Notes: generated by a model from the letters alone, not told the origin. A stretch of 64,000 nt of DNA from a virus (IMGVR_UViG_3300025849_003344); one strand, 5' to 3'; positions 31,422 to 40,513 are shown, counted from the first letter of the stretch. Numbers and translations are program-made.

Positions 31422-32416
31422 TATTGGACTCCACTCTGCGCATTAGCATTAGGCAGGTGGCTGGTTTCAGCTATCTGTGTATCTAAAAATGTCTGCCACC
31501 ATTCTTTATAGTTACCGCCAATTGGATCAAGATCGTATGTAATATCATCGCGAGACATTGTAACGTGTTCAATAAAGTTGAGACTCAAATCAATCTCACT
31601 AAATTTGCCATCCTTATAGAAACTCTGGGATGTACCATTGTAAGTTGTTGATACTGATCTAAGGAATGCGGGTAGCAATCGCTGTCCAATCTGCTTACCG
31701 TTATATAGCATCTGAATAGCAAACTTGTTAGGAAATTTATAACCTACCGAAATATCACCAACTTGAATAGACTCAGGATACAATTCGGTTCGAAAAAACT
31801 TAACGATGTTTTCAATTTCACGTCCTTCTTCCACATTACGTGGTAGGAATTTAAATTGGAATGAATGTTCTCTATGGTTAACAGTCTTGAATGTAGCTCT
31901 TGTGTTAGGATTTACCGCAGTCTGAGTTGCGTTAGAAGCGATTGCACCGGCCCTATCACCCGCTAGTCCGCTTAGTTTACTCATAACAACACCACCAACA
32001 TCTTTGTTAGCCTTTGCTGCATCAAGAATAGCACTAATACCTGTCAGGCCGGCAGTAGCCTTTAGCATCTCGCCTGCCTGCTGCATTGTACTTTGTGCAT
32101 CGTTCACTGTTTGTAACGCAGCAACACCTGATGCGCCAAGCGCAACATTGTCAAATGACACACCGTCTTGCATCTGCAGTGCAGATGGCATATACAACAT
32201 ACAAGATCCTCCTTTGGATCCATCATAGTTTGCACTATTATTAACGATAGTCAGAAAGTTGTTCACAAAGTTTTCAAAGAAATTACCTGAACTTGTAGGA
32301 GTATTTGCATTCAGAAAATTAATAGTCTTCGTATCTTCAGACAATACACGAAACATAATCTTCGCTTTATAATCGTCTTGATCACTGAGTGGGAATCTGT
32401 AACCCTGATTAGCCAT
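31421..32416 (-). CDS. gp48: Baseplate tail-tube cap gp48
   Basis: LYMPSALQ, VNPNTRATFKTVNHREHSFQFKFLPRNVEE...I..IVKFFR..LYP. Confidence 0.88.
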   Translation of the reverse strand: MANQGYRFPLSDQDDYKAKIMFRVLSEDTKTINFLNANTPTSSGNFFENFVNNFLTIVNNSANYDGSKGGSCMLYMPSALQMQDGVSFDNVALGASGVAALQTVNDAQSTMQQAGEMLKATAGLTGISAILDAAKANKDVGGVVMSKLSGLAGDRAGAIASNATQTAVNPNTRATFKTVNHREHSFQFKFLPRNVEEGREIENIVKFFRTELYPESIQVGDISVGYKFPNKFAIQMLYNGKQIGQRLLPAFLRSVSTTYNGTSQSFYKDGKFSEIDLSLNFIEHVTMSRDDITYDLDPIGGNYKEWWQTFLDTQIAETSHLPNANAQSGVQ

Positions 32417-32455
32417 TTGAATTGTCCAATAAATACTGTATAGATTTGTTTAAAC

Positions 32456-32467
32456 TATTTATAAGTA
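32456..32467. promoter_or_regulatory. Overlapping divergent late promoters (TATAAATA on minus 32456-32463; TATAAGTA on plus 32460-32467)
   Basis: Sits at the strand switch between gp48 and gp4. Confidence 0.65.
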
Positions 32468-32472
32468 TAATC

Positions 32473-32967
32473 ATGGCATATTCTGGAAAATACACAGTTA
32501 AGAACCCCGTAAAATATCAAGGTGACCCATCAAAGGTAATATATCGATCTTTATGGGAAAAATATTGCTTTAAGTGGGCTGATCTAAGTCCGGATGTAAA
32601 GGGTTGGTCCAGTGAAGAGGTCGTGATTCCTTATTACTATGACATAGATAAAAAGTATCATAGGTACTTCATGGACCTAAAGGTTACATGGTCGAACGGT
32701 AAGACTTGGTTGATAGAAATAAAACCTGAGAAAGAGACACAACCACCAAAGGGTGACAGACGCACAAAGCGATACCTGCAAGAAGGTATGACCTATGTTA
32801 AGAATATGAACAAGTGGGAAGCTGCAAATAAATATGCGCTTGACCGCAAATGGGAATTTCATATATGGACAGAGAAGAAGCTACAGGAAATGGGACTAAT
32901 GCCTAAGCCCCTTAAGAAACTAAAGCCTTTACCTAAACCTAAGAAAAAGCCAAAGAAAAAAGTATAA
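32473..32967 (+). CDS. gp4: Head completion nuclease gp4
   Basis: MAYSGKY.VKNP.KY.GDP..VIYRSLWE...WSSEEVVIPY...HRYFMD...IEIKP; start placed at MAYSG. Confidence 0.93.
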   Translation: MAYSGKYTVKNPVKYQGDPSKVIYRSLWEKYCFKWADLSPDVKGWSSEEVVIPYYYDIDKKYHRYFMDLKVTWSNGKTWLIEIKPEKETQPPKGDRRTKRYLQEGMTYVKNMNKWEAANKYALDRKWEFHIWTEKKLQEMGLMPKPLKKLKPLPKPKKKPKKKV

Positions 32968-32970
32968 ATA
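32963..32970 (+). promoter_or_regulatory. T4-type late promoter TATAAATA
   Basis: Exact motif upstream of gp2. Confidence 0.7.
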
Positions 32971-32975
32971 CCCGT

Positions 32976-33560
32976 ATGAGCAATATATTTAATCAATTAG
33001 AAATCGAAGCATTTCGTGCAGGCATTACGCCCCGGACCAAGGAATCAATTAAATGGTTCCAGAAAAAAGCCGGAGCAATGGGTAAGGTTAAACGTAGTGA
33101 GTTGATGAACGAAGATCCGATCAAGCTGAGAAATCGGCATGGCGTTGGACAAATGTATATGTACTTCTATGATCCTAAGCATAAAGCTACTCTGCCTTAT
33201 TATGATACCTTTCCTTTGACTATTGTTATTGGTCCGGCCAAAGGTGGATTTATGGGTTTGAACCTGCATTATCTACCACCTCCGCTGCGTGCAAGGATGC
33301 TAGATGGGCTTATGGGAATAACAAACAACAAGAAGTACGATCAGTCAACTAAGTTTGCAGTATCATACGAACTATTACAAAAAACATCGAAGCTTAAATG
33401 GTATAAACCATGTGTAAAACATTATCTTGGCTCTCAGGTAAGAAGTAGGTTTGCACATGTACCCGCACCTGAGTGGGAAATTGCTACGTTCTTACCGACC
33501 GCAGACTTCCAGAAGTCAAGCAAAGCAAATGTTTATAAAGCTTCACGGAGTATGATCTAA
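32976..33560 (+). CDS. gp2: DNA end protector protein gp2
   Basis: MYMYFYDPKHKATLPYYDTFPL...GFMGLNLHYLPP..R. Confidence 0.93.
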   Translation: MSNIFNQLEIEAFRAGITPRTKESIKWFQKKAGAMGKVKRSELMNEDPIKLRNRHGVGQMYMYFYDPKHKATLPYYDTFPLTIVIGPAKGGFMGLNLHYLPPPLRARMLDGLMGITNNKKYDQSTKFAVSYELLQKTSKLKWYKPCVKHYLGSQVRSRFAHVPAPEWEIATFLPTADFQKSSKANVYKASRSMI

Positions 33561-34141
33561 TGTCATTTTCAGTAGACGAATTTAAAGGTGCTATCAGTAA
33601 GGGTATTGCGGTACCTAATATGTTCCGTGTGTACTTACCTGCCTTACCAGGTGTTGTGACCACTCGTCAATTGAATTTACTATGTAAAGATGTACAGCTT
33701 CCGGGCAGACAGATATTAACTAACGAACGTGTCATTGGAATGAAGCAAGTCAAGCAAGCTTATGGCTATGCATCAGAAGATGTGAGTCTGACATTCTATG
33801 TAACTAACGACTATGGCCTGCGTCAATATTTTGAGAAATGGCAAGATCTTATTATAACAGATAAGGAACTGAATTACCCGGATGAGTATGGGTTTGAAGT
33901 ACGAATAGAGCAACTGCAAAAGGGTGCAGCGCTCGACTTACCGGTAGATATTAACTTCAATCTATTTGGTTTAAACATCGATATAGACTTTGATTTATTC
34001 AAAGACGCAAAGAGTATATACACGTGTGTACTTGACAAGGCATTCCCTACCACCATGAATGCTATTCAACTGAATAATGAGCAAGGTGGGCTCGTTGAAT
34101 TGAACGTACAATTGTCCTATAAGGACTGGAGATCAGTATAA
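33560..34141 (+). CDS. gp54: Tail-tube initiator gp54 / gp19-family protein
   Basis: NMFRVYLP, LLCKDVQLPGRQI, FEKWQDLI, AFPTTMNAIQL...ELNVQLSYKDW. Confidence 0.75.
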   Translation: MSFSVDEFKGAISKGIAVPNMFRVYLPALPGVVTTRQLNLLCKDVQLPGRQILTNERVIGMKQVKQAYGYASEDVSLTFYVTNDYGLRQYFEKWQDLIITDKELNYPDEYGFEVRIEQLQKGAALDLPVDINFNLFGLNIDIDFDLFKDAKSIYTCVLDKAFPTTMNAIQLNNEQGGLVELNVQLSYKDWRSV

Positions 34142-34142
34142 A

Positions 34143-34853
34143 ATGGCTTTACCTAAATTAAACTCTACACCAAAATACGATATTACCATACCGTCGACAC
34201 AACAAGCTGTCCGCTTTAGACCTTATCTTGTAAAAGAAGAGAAGGTTCTGATGCTTGCGATGGAGTCACAGGACCAAAAACAATCACTTGCTGCAATCGT
34301 AGATACTATTGTTGCGTGTGTTAGCGAAGATATTGAGCGCACAAAGCTTACGACGTTTGATGTTGAATATATGTTCACACAGATTAGATCTAAGTCAGTA
34401 GGCGAAACATCTAAGGTGTCTATCAAATGCAAAGAGTGCGATCACGCCAATGAGGTTGTGATTCCGCTCGAATCAATTAAAATTGATATGCCTGAGAATG
34501 TCATCAGTCTGATAGAACTAACTGATGAAATCTCGGTACAACTAAAATGGCCAACATATTCTGATCTAGGCGATCTTGACATGGCCGATGGAGCAAGTCA
34601 GGTTACTCAAACCTTTGACATGATTGCTAAGTGTATTGACTCAGTTCTTACTGGTGATGAACGCATTAGTATGAAAGATGAACCAAAACAAGAAGTCATG
34701 GACTTCATTGAATCACTCACATCTGAGCAGTTTGATAAGATCCGTGAGTATGTTGAGCTGATGCCTAAACTAAAACACGATGTGGAGTTTACATGTGTAT
34801 CATGCAGTGACACAAATAAAATTACCTTGGAGGGTATGAACGATTTTTTCTAA
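34143..34853 (+). CDS. gp26: Baseplate hub assembly chaperone gp26
   Basis: MALPKLNSTPKYDITIPST...RFRPYLVKEEKVL, FDVEYMFTQIRSKSVGE, CxxC motifs, LEGMNDFF. Confidence 0.92.
   Translation: MALPKLNSTPKYDITIPSTQQAVRFRPYLVKEEKVLMLAMESQDQKQSLAAIVDTIVACVSEDIERTKLTTFDVEYMFTQIRSKSVGETSKVSIKCKECDHANEVVIPLESIKIDMPENVISLIELTDEISVQLKWPTYSDLGDLDMADGASQVTQTFDMIAKCIDSVLTGDERISMKDEPKQEVMDFIESLTSEQFDKIREYVELMPKLKHDVEFTCVSCSDTNKITLEGMNDFF
34829..34850 (+). promoter_or_regulatory. Candidate -1 ribosomal frameshift signal (internal SD GGAGG, 10 nt, then T TTT TTC)
   Basis: Slippery heptamer 34844-34850 directly precedes the gp26 stop; the -1 frame is open and gp51-like. Confidence 0.6.
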
Positions 34854-35041
34854 TAGCCCTTTCTCACGAATCTCTGATCGGATACTTTAAGACGAATTTC
34901 TCCCTGATGCAACATCATCATTATTCATTAACCGAAATAGAAGAGATGATACCATGGGAAAGGGAGGTATATTTAACAATGCTCATTGAACATATAAAAG
35001 AAGAAAATGAACGAGCCAAGGAACAGCAAAGTAAAAGATAA
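34844..35041 (+). CDS. gp51: gp51-like baseplate hub assembly catalyst (-1 frame relative to gp26; not in the ORF track)
   Basis: FFLIALSHESLIGYFKTNFSLMQHHHYSLTEIEEMIPWEREVYLTMLIEHIKEENERAKEQQSKR*; first ATG only at 34907; stop overlaps the tape measure ATG. Confidence 0.85.
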   Translation, partial: FFLIALSHESLIGYFKTNFSLMQHHHYSLTEIEEMIPWEREVYLTMLIEHIKEENERAKEQQSKR

Positions 35042-37131
35042 TGGCTGATAAAATAACACTGTCTGACTTAAAAGACGAAATTGCAAAAGGTAATAAAGCG
35101 CAGTCAAATACGACTGACGCTATTATGAAGCTTAATTCTACTTTTGCAAAGCAGTTTAAATTGCAGGCACGTGGTGCTGGTGACAGACTAGAAGATAAGC
35201 TAGAAGGATCTAAAACTCCTAAGGTCGTACAAAAAGAAATGACTGGCTTTAAGCCTCTTGACAATGCTAGCGGTAATATCAATGCTTTTTTTGGTAGACT
35301 TGCTAACATCGGAAAAATGCTTGCAGGCTTTACGGCAGGCCTTGCTGCTGTAGCTGCTGCATTTGCGGGCATGCGTGGATGGGAACTTCCTATTCTAAAA
35401 CGAATTAGTAATATTAAGTTTGACAATTTGTTTCCGGAGTCATTATCCAAAACCCTTAATCAAAAATTTCTAAATGTTCGGGCACGTGTATTAAGATTTT
35501 TTAATATGAGTGCGGTTCTTCCTAAGGGTGAAGATGGCAAACAGATCACATCTATTGGTGGGCAAATAGCTAATGCATTTAAGAATGCCAAAGCAAGCAT
35601 ACTCAAAGGATTTGGTATCGGCATTGATGGAAAGCTTATTGCTTTGCAGGGCGAAGATGGTAAATTTAAGTCTCCAAGGATAGGCAGATTCCTTATCCAG
35701 ATGAAATCGCTGTTTAGTCCTATCACTAAAACCTCGGCTGCGATTGGTGAATTCTTTACGAGTGGTTTTGGATCAAAGATAGTTACCTTTATGAAGGGTG
35801 GAGCAACAAAACTTTTAGCAGTATTTGGTAAAATACTTTGGCCTATCGGTGTTCTGGTGTCAGCCTTCAAAGGTGTCACAGACTTTATTGGCACCGAAGG
35901 AACGCTATATGAAAAGTTTACGGCCGGTATTAGTACTGCACTTGCAGACTTCATTGGCGCACCGCTAAACCTTTTAAAGGATCTGATGGCATGGGGTCTA
36001 AAGAAGCTTGGCTTTGATGAAGGCGCCGAATGGCTAAAAGGTATTGACTTTGTTAAACCAATAAAAGATATGATTACTAATGTCATGGAATGGTTCGGTA
36101 CGCTGTTCACAAATCCTGTAGAAGCATTAAAGCAATTATGGACAACACTTCTTGATGGCGTGGCCAGCCTAGGTATGTGGATATATGATAATACTATAAA
36201 ACCAGTGTTTGATTATTTTACTGGTATATTCAAGTGGTCTGTAGACGGTGTAACAAAGGTTACTGATAGCATCGCAACTATAGTAGGAGATATGGTAACC
36301 GGCGCATGGGATTATGTCAAAAAGCTATTTGTATTTGATGAGGGTGTCGAAGGCATTATTGCATCACTAATCAATGTGACGACAATCGTACCTAACCTTG
36401 TCAAAGACGCAATCTTAGGTATTACATCATGGCTAGCCAGCAAACTAGGGTTTAATAAAGAAGCCGAAGAGCTTTCTAAATGGAAAGACTATAGTATAGG
36501 TGATCTTGCTGTAATGGCATTTAACGGCGTTAAAAATTGGTTATCAAGTAAGTTTAGTAGTGAGGTTAATCTAGGCGGACTGTCATTTAGCCTGTCTGAT
36601 ATAGTCACAGCTCTTAGTGATAACATTGGCCTGATGAAGGATATTTTAGTAGCACAGATATCATTCAGTGTTAAAAGGTTGGTTAACGGATTTAAGGCAA
36701 GCTTCGAAAGGGCTGCTAACTTCATAGCAAATCTTGGTGATGAAATATACTTAATGATCTCTAAGAATTTCCGATTTAAACTTCCTGAAATTAATATTCC
36801 TGAAACATTTCTTACACCGGCGTTTAATCTTATCCCAGCAATTGATGTAGGTGTAGGTGATGCAGGCACTAGAGCTGCAGCCCAAACTCGTATTGATAAT
36901 AGGGACACCGAAAGCGCTTCAAGAGTCAATAAGCTACAGAGTGAAACTGGCAATGAATTAGCAAATCTTCAGTCATTGCAAGCTCAGCTAGCATCAAATT
37001 TACAATCGGTTGTTGTTAATAATAATACAACTAATACTGCAAACAATAATTCTTCTAGTGCTAACTCCACAAACTTAAATGGGACCGCCTCTGCAGGCGA
37101 TCCCTTTGCTCTTATGCCAGGGGCATTTTAA
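35041..37131 (+). CDS. Tape measure / gp29-like protein (696 aa)
   Basis: Helical, with periodic W/F repeats and an N/S-rich tail (VVVNNNTTN); follows gp26/gp51. Confidence 0.7.
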   Translation: MADKITLSDLKDEIAKGNKAQSNTTDAIMKLNSTFAKQFKLQARGAGDRLEDKLEGSKTPKVVQKEMTGFKPLDNASGNINAFFGRLANIGKMLAGFTAGLAAVAAAFAGMRGWELPILKRISNIKFDNLFPESLSKTLNQKFLNVRARVLRFFNMSAVLPKGEDGKQITSIGGQIANAFKNAKASILKGFGIGIDGKLIALQGEDGKFKSPRIGRFLIQMKSLFSPITKTSAAIGEFFTSGFGSKIVTFMKGGATKLLAVFGKILWPIGVLVSAFKGVTDFIGTEGTLYEKFTAGISTALADFIGAPLNLLKDLMAWGLKKLGFDEGAEWLKGIDFVKPIKDMITNVMEWFGTLFTNPVEALKQLWTTLLDGVASLGMWIYDNTIKPVFDYFTGIFKWSVDGVTKVTDSIATIVGDMVTGAWDYVKKLFVFDEGVEGIIASLINVTTIVPNLVKDAILGITSWLASKLGFNKEAEELSKWKDYSIGDLAVMAFNGVKNWLSSKFSSEVNLGGLSFSLSDIVTALSDNIGLMKDILVAQISFSVKRLVNGFKASFERAANFIANLGDEIYLMISKNFRFKLPEINIPETFLTPAFNLIPAIDVGVGDAGTRAAAQTRIDNRDTESASRVNKLQSETGNELANLQSLQAQLASNLQSVVVNNNTTNTANNNSSSANSTNLNGTASAGDPFALMPGAF

Positions 37132-38027
37132 TCGTCTTGAGCAAGCTTGGCAAAGTATGATAGTGTGTCATCATCATTTGATTTCTCACTAATAGACTCT
37201 GCCGTTACCGGAGCATTAATCATTGGATCAGGTGCTGGCTCATTCATTTGAGCAGCCTGGGCCAATGACTGCTGACCGGCATCTGCAGATTCACCAAGAA
37301 CTTTCATAAGCTTGGCTTTAAGCTCAGCATATGTTTTATAATTCTTAGGATCTTCAAACTCTGCTAGATCGTACATACCATTATATAGAGCTTCAAGCTT
37401 ATCCTCATCGCTAGAGATAGCTGCAGGAGAAGCAAACTCAGACTTATCGTAATTACGATAGCCTTCAACGTTACGAATCTTAAGTTTAAAGTCTGCACCT
37501 TCCCACATATCAAACGGATTTGTAGGAGTTTCGTCCGCAAACTCTGGCTGCATCATATCCATGATTTTGTCATGGATTTTCTTACCATACTGATACAAGA
37601 AGGTTTTGCCTTCACGCTCAGGATTAGCAGGATCTGATACAATTAGAATATTTGAGACATAGTGTAACCGACGCTTTTGTTGGCGTGCAGTTCCTTTATC
37701 CTCTTCGATACCTGTATTCCATAACTTGGAATTCAATTCACCGACAGGATCTGTTTGGCCAATTGATGTAAGAGACCGTTCGATGTACCATTGGCCAGTT
37801 GGGCCTTTAAAACCGTGATCCCAATACCGAACCCAAGGAAGTTCTTGGCCTTCACCGGCTGGAAGGAAACGTAGGACAGCATAGCCGTTGCCGGCTTTAT
37901 CTACTGTTGGTTTCCAGATACGATCATCACCGTAGCTTTTCTTTTCTCCACCACCGCCAGCAGTTTCGGCTGCTTGGATGAGTTTAGAGATTGAGCTTTT
38001 ATTTCGTTTTAGTTCTGCAAAAGACAT
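37128..38027 (-). CDS. gp32: Single-stranded DNA-binding protein gp32
   Basis: DDRIWKPTVDKAGNGYAVLRFLP, WDHGFKGPTGQWYIE, GADFKLKIR, acidic tail ending YFAKLAQDD. Confidence 0.97.
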   Translation of the reverse strand: MSFAELKRNKSSISKLIQAAETAGGGGEKKSYGDDRIWKPTVDKAGNGYAVLRFLPAGEGQELPWVRYWDHGFKGPTGQWYIERSLTSIGQTDPVGELNSKLWNTGIEEDKGTARQQKRRLHYVSNILIVSDPANPEREGKTFLYQYGKKIHDKIMDMMQPEFADETPTNPFDMWEGADFKLKIRNVEGYRNYDKSEFASPAAISSDEDKLEALYNGMYDLAEFEDPKNYKTYAELKAKLMKVLGESADAGQQSLAQAAQMNEPAPDPMINAPVTAESISEKSNDDDTLSYFAKLAQDD

Positions 38028-38075
38028 ATGATAGTTCCTCTTATTTGCTGTAGTATTGCTGTATTGTGTTTTTGT

Positions 38076-38116
38076 ATTATACCACGTTCATGCGTCGTAG
38101 TACACCGCTATTTATA
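38076..38116 (-). promoter_or_regulatory. Tandem gp32 promoters: early-type TGTACT-N17-TATAAT plus late TATAAATA
   Basis: -35 at 38099-38104, -10 at 38076-38081, late motif at 38109-38116. Confidence 0.75.
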
Positions 38117-38118
38117 CT

Positions 38119-39150
38119 TTATTCTTCGAAGACAACGGAATCTCCATCGCTATACTGATCTTCGATCTTTTTCCAATGATCGGGATCAGCGTTATTTATG
38201 GTTTGACAGGCGCCAATAGTATTACATGGATAGCCAATCTTACCATAGTTATGCATCTTAATATTGTTCATAAAGTTTCGGCGTTCAGGTGAATTCCAAA
38301 CTTCTATTAAGGTTTGCTCTTTCAGATTTCCTACAACCAAGTCCTGATTATCATCAAGGCAGCATGCATAGAAATCTCCGTTAGGTGCTACATACATAGT
38401 TTCTGTCATAACATTAACCATAGGACATTTAGAATCTGGGTGAGCTTCAAATTCTCCTGATTTAAATCGAGGTCTTTCTGCCCACATACCTGAACTGCTA
38501 TGTCTAACTACACTCAGCGAGTTGAATATATCTTCGCCTAATATTTCTGTTAGGCTTTTACATACCAAACTGTATGAGCTAAATGGTACACTTGTACCAG
38601 CCGGAATTTGAATTGGGTTCTTGTCATATACCGAGAAGATTGTGGCAGCATATTCAAAGGCAGGCATTACGTTAATACCAAAATCTAAATCAGGATAATG
38701 TTCCATCCGCAAACCTAAGAAATGTTTTAGGTTTTTCATTACAGATTTAAACGGAATACCTTTGACAGCCTTATAAGATTCGTCGTTGTGCCCATCAATA
38801 TTAACTTGAATAGAATCGAACAGTTTCTCTCTCACAAGTATCTCAGCAACCTTCTTAGACATTAGTCCAAAGTTGCTTAGCATATCAACCTTCACATTAG
38901 GAAGTTTCTTTTTAATATATCGAAGGATCTCAACAAAGTCTCTATGATATAGTGCCTCGCCATTTTCACTCATATGCATACGCTGCAATTCATACGGAAA
39001 ATCAGGGTGAGCCGCTTCATCTATAATTTTAAATACTAACTCTTTGTCCATATCAAAATTACTTTTAGTGCCACGACTTGCCGGGCACCACACACAAGTA
39101 GCATTGCATCTATTAGACAGTACAAAATTTATATTCTGAAGTGGTTTCAT
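38119..39150 (-). CDS. Radical SAM protein with C-terminal SPASM/twitch domain
   Basis: CNATCVWC (CX3CX2C); YVAPNGDFYACC...GNL...WNS...C. Confidence 0.9.
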   Translation of the reverse strand: MKPLQNINFVLSNRCNATCVWCPASRGTKSNFDMDKELVFKIIDEAAHPDFPYELQRMHMSENGEALYHRDFVEILRYIKKKLPNVKVDMLSNFGLMSKKVAEILVREKLFDSIQVNIDGHNDESYKAVKGIPFKSVMKNLKHFLGLRMEHYPDLDFGINVMPAFEYAATIFSVYDKNPIQIPAGTSVPFSSYSLVCKSLTEILGEDIFNSLSVVRHSSSGMWAERPRFKSGEFEAHPDSKCPMVNVMTETMYVAPNGDFYACCLDDNQDLVVGNLKEQTLIEVWNSPERRNFMNNIKMHNYGKIGYPCNTIGACQTINNADPDHWKKIEDQYSDGDSVVFEE

Positions 39151-39153
39151 TGT

Positions 39154-39384
39154 TCACTCAAATGTTAATTCATTACCGCGTGGTAAGTAATTTAGTTTCA
39201 TTGCTTCGGCTTCAATCTTATCTTTGATAGGCGCAGATATAAACTTGCGCACATCCTGAGTATCGATATTATGCTTTTCGCAAATGTCACACACCGCATC
39301 GATGTATGACATTTTTTGTTTAATTACGGCATTCTCAATAAGAACAGAGAATTTTGATTTTGTTAAAAATTGCGTTTCTATCAT
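39154..39384 (-). CDS. gp33: Late transcription coactivator gp33
   Basis: FSVLIENAVIKQKMSYIDAV...C....I.....KFIS.PIKDKIEAEAMKLNYL. Confidence 0.88.
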   Translation of the reverse strand: MIETQFLTKSKFSVLIENAVIKQKMSYIDAVCDICEKHNIDTQDVRKFISAPIKDKIEAEAMKLNYLPRGNELTFE

Positions 39385-39887
39385 TCAACCTCGTTTTCCG
39401 CCAAATCATTCCAGACAAAACCAAGGTCTGAATAAAATACGCCATGTGTTCGTTTAATATTACCTTCTTTATCATAGGCCGGATGCAGACATCTCCACTT
39501 TACTGCGTGTTCCCTATGTTCACCATAGAAGTCATCACAGTAATCTCCGGTACGTAAGAACCTATCTAGGTTTGCAATGTATCCGGCAGTAGCAGATACC
39601 TTTGCATAAAGGCCCTTTGTATTAGGTTCTTTACGGAGGAGAGATCTATCTTCTTTCAAGATCTCTTTCTGTGTTGCCTGCCACCGTCTGATATTTTTAA
39701 GAGAGAACACATCATCTTCAGGTAATGCCAATATATTATCAGCAATGTATGCATATGTCGGTGGATTTTTTAGTAGCTTTTCGGCCCGAGCTTTAGCAAA
39801 ACGCTCAGCAACCTGCTTGCGCTGTTCCTCTGACATAGGCTTGCGTGGCTTCTTAGACTTGATTTTTATAGTATTTCTCTTAACCAT
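39381..39887 (-). CDS. Hypothetical basic protein
   Basis: ORF with GGAGG SD before MVKRN. Confidence 0.6.
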   Translation of the reverse strand: MVKRNTIKIKSKKPRKPMSEEQRKQVAERFAKARAEKLLKNPPTYAYIADNILALPEDDVFSLKNIRRWQATQKEILKEDRSLLRKEPNTKGLYAKVSATAGYIANLDRFLRTGDYCDDFYGEHREHAVKWRCLHPAYDKEGNIKRTHGVFYSDLGFVWNDLAENEVE

Positions 39888-39905
39888 GGTATCCTCCAAA
39901 ACGTT

Positions 39906-39955
39906 GCTATAATACATCCTACAACATTATTAATAGGTTGTACACACTTATTTTA
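39906..39955 (-). promoter_or_regulatory. Early-promoter-like element with a 28-nt spacer holding a 24-bp inverted repeat
   Basis: AAAATAAGTGTGTACA upstream half and ATGTATTATAGC downstream half; near-palindrome at 39920-39943. Confidence 0.4.
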
Positions 39956-40165
39956 TAATTCTGCTTCCAGAGGAATGATTTCGATTTCACCGTCAGATAA
40001 ATGCCTATGCTTTATATAGCCTTCTTTACAAAGGTATGTGATAGTGTCCTCAATAGCTCTTTCATTATCTGCATCGTGATTTGTACGAGCAATTAGATAT
40101 CCGGTCAAAGCACTAAGCCCGACACATGCAAACGCTACCCAAAATGGTTCGATATAAAAATTCAT
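39953..40165 (-). CDS. Small membrane-anchored hypothetical protein
   Basis: N-terminal hydrophobic helix; late promoter upstream. Confidence 0.6.
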   Translation of the reverse strand: MNFYIEPFWVAFACVGLSALTGYLIARTNHDADNERAIEDTITYLCKEGYIKHRHLSDGEIEIIPLEAEL

Positions 40166-40182
40166 AAGTCAGCCTTTTACTG

Positions 40183-40211
40183 TGTACAGATATTAGAAAT
40201 GGTGGTATAAT
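40183..40211 (+). promoter_or_regulatory. Plus-strand early-type promoter with no downstream sense gene
   Basis: TGTACA-N17(ending TGG)-TATAAT then TAAAGAG; faces minus-strand genes. Confidence 0.6.
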
Positions 40212-40249
40212 TAAAGAGTTCCTTTGAGGGTGGATGGATGCTAAATACC

Positions 40250-40257
40250 TATTTATA
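40250..40257 (-). promoter_or_regulatory. T4-type late promoter TATAAATA
   Basis: Exact motif overlapping the stop codon of 40253. Confidence 0.6.
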
Positions 40258-40513
40258 GACTTTCAAAATCGAGCACACTATCAACTCTGAAGGATCTCCA
40301 ACCGTCAGATCCTGTATCATATACTACAACAACTTCTTCATTCAATGCACGAACTTTTTTCTGACTTAGCGCATCGTCCTTTTTAGCCGTCGGTAAGACA
40401 GATGGATGCAGCGTGCAGTACATCACACGAGATGTACCGTCTTTTTTAGTGAATGTTACTTTGCACTCATTTTCTAGCAAAGCATTTACAAGCCATTCTC
40501 TTTCATATTTCAT
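40253..40513 (-). CDS. SH3/WYL-like beta-barrel protein
   Basis: CKVTFTKKDGTSRVMYCTL...VVYDT...GWRSFRVDSV; start moved to MKYER. Confidence 0.7.
   Translation of the reverse strand: MKYEREWLVNALLENECKVTFTKKDGTSRVMYCTLHPSVLPTAKKDDALSQKKVRALNEEVVVVYDTGSDGWRSFRVDSVLDFESL

Noticed and set aside
37128-37131. Convergent genes with overlapping stops and no terminator (also 47804-47809 and 52186-52189)
   Set aside because: Common compaction in phage genomes
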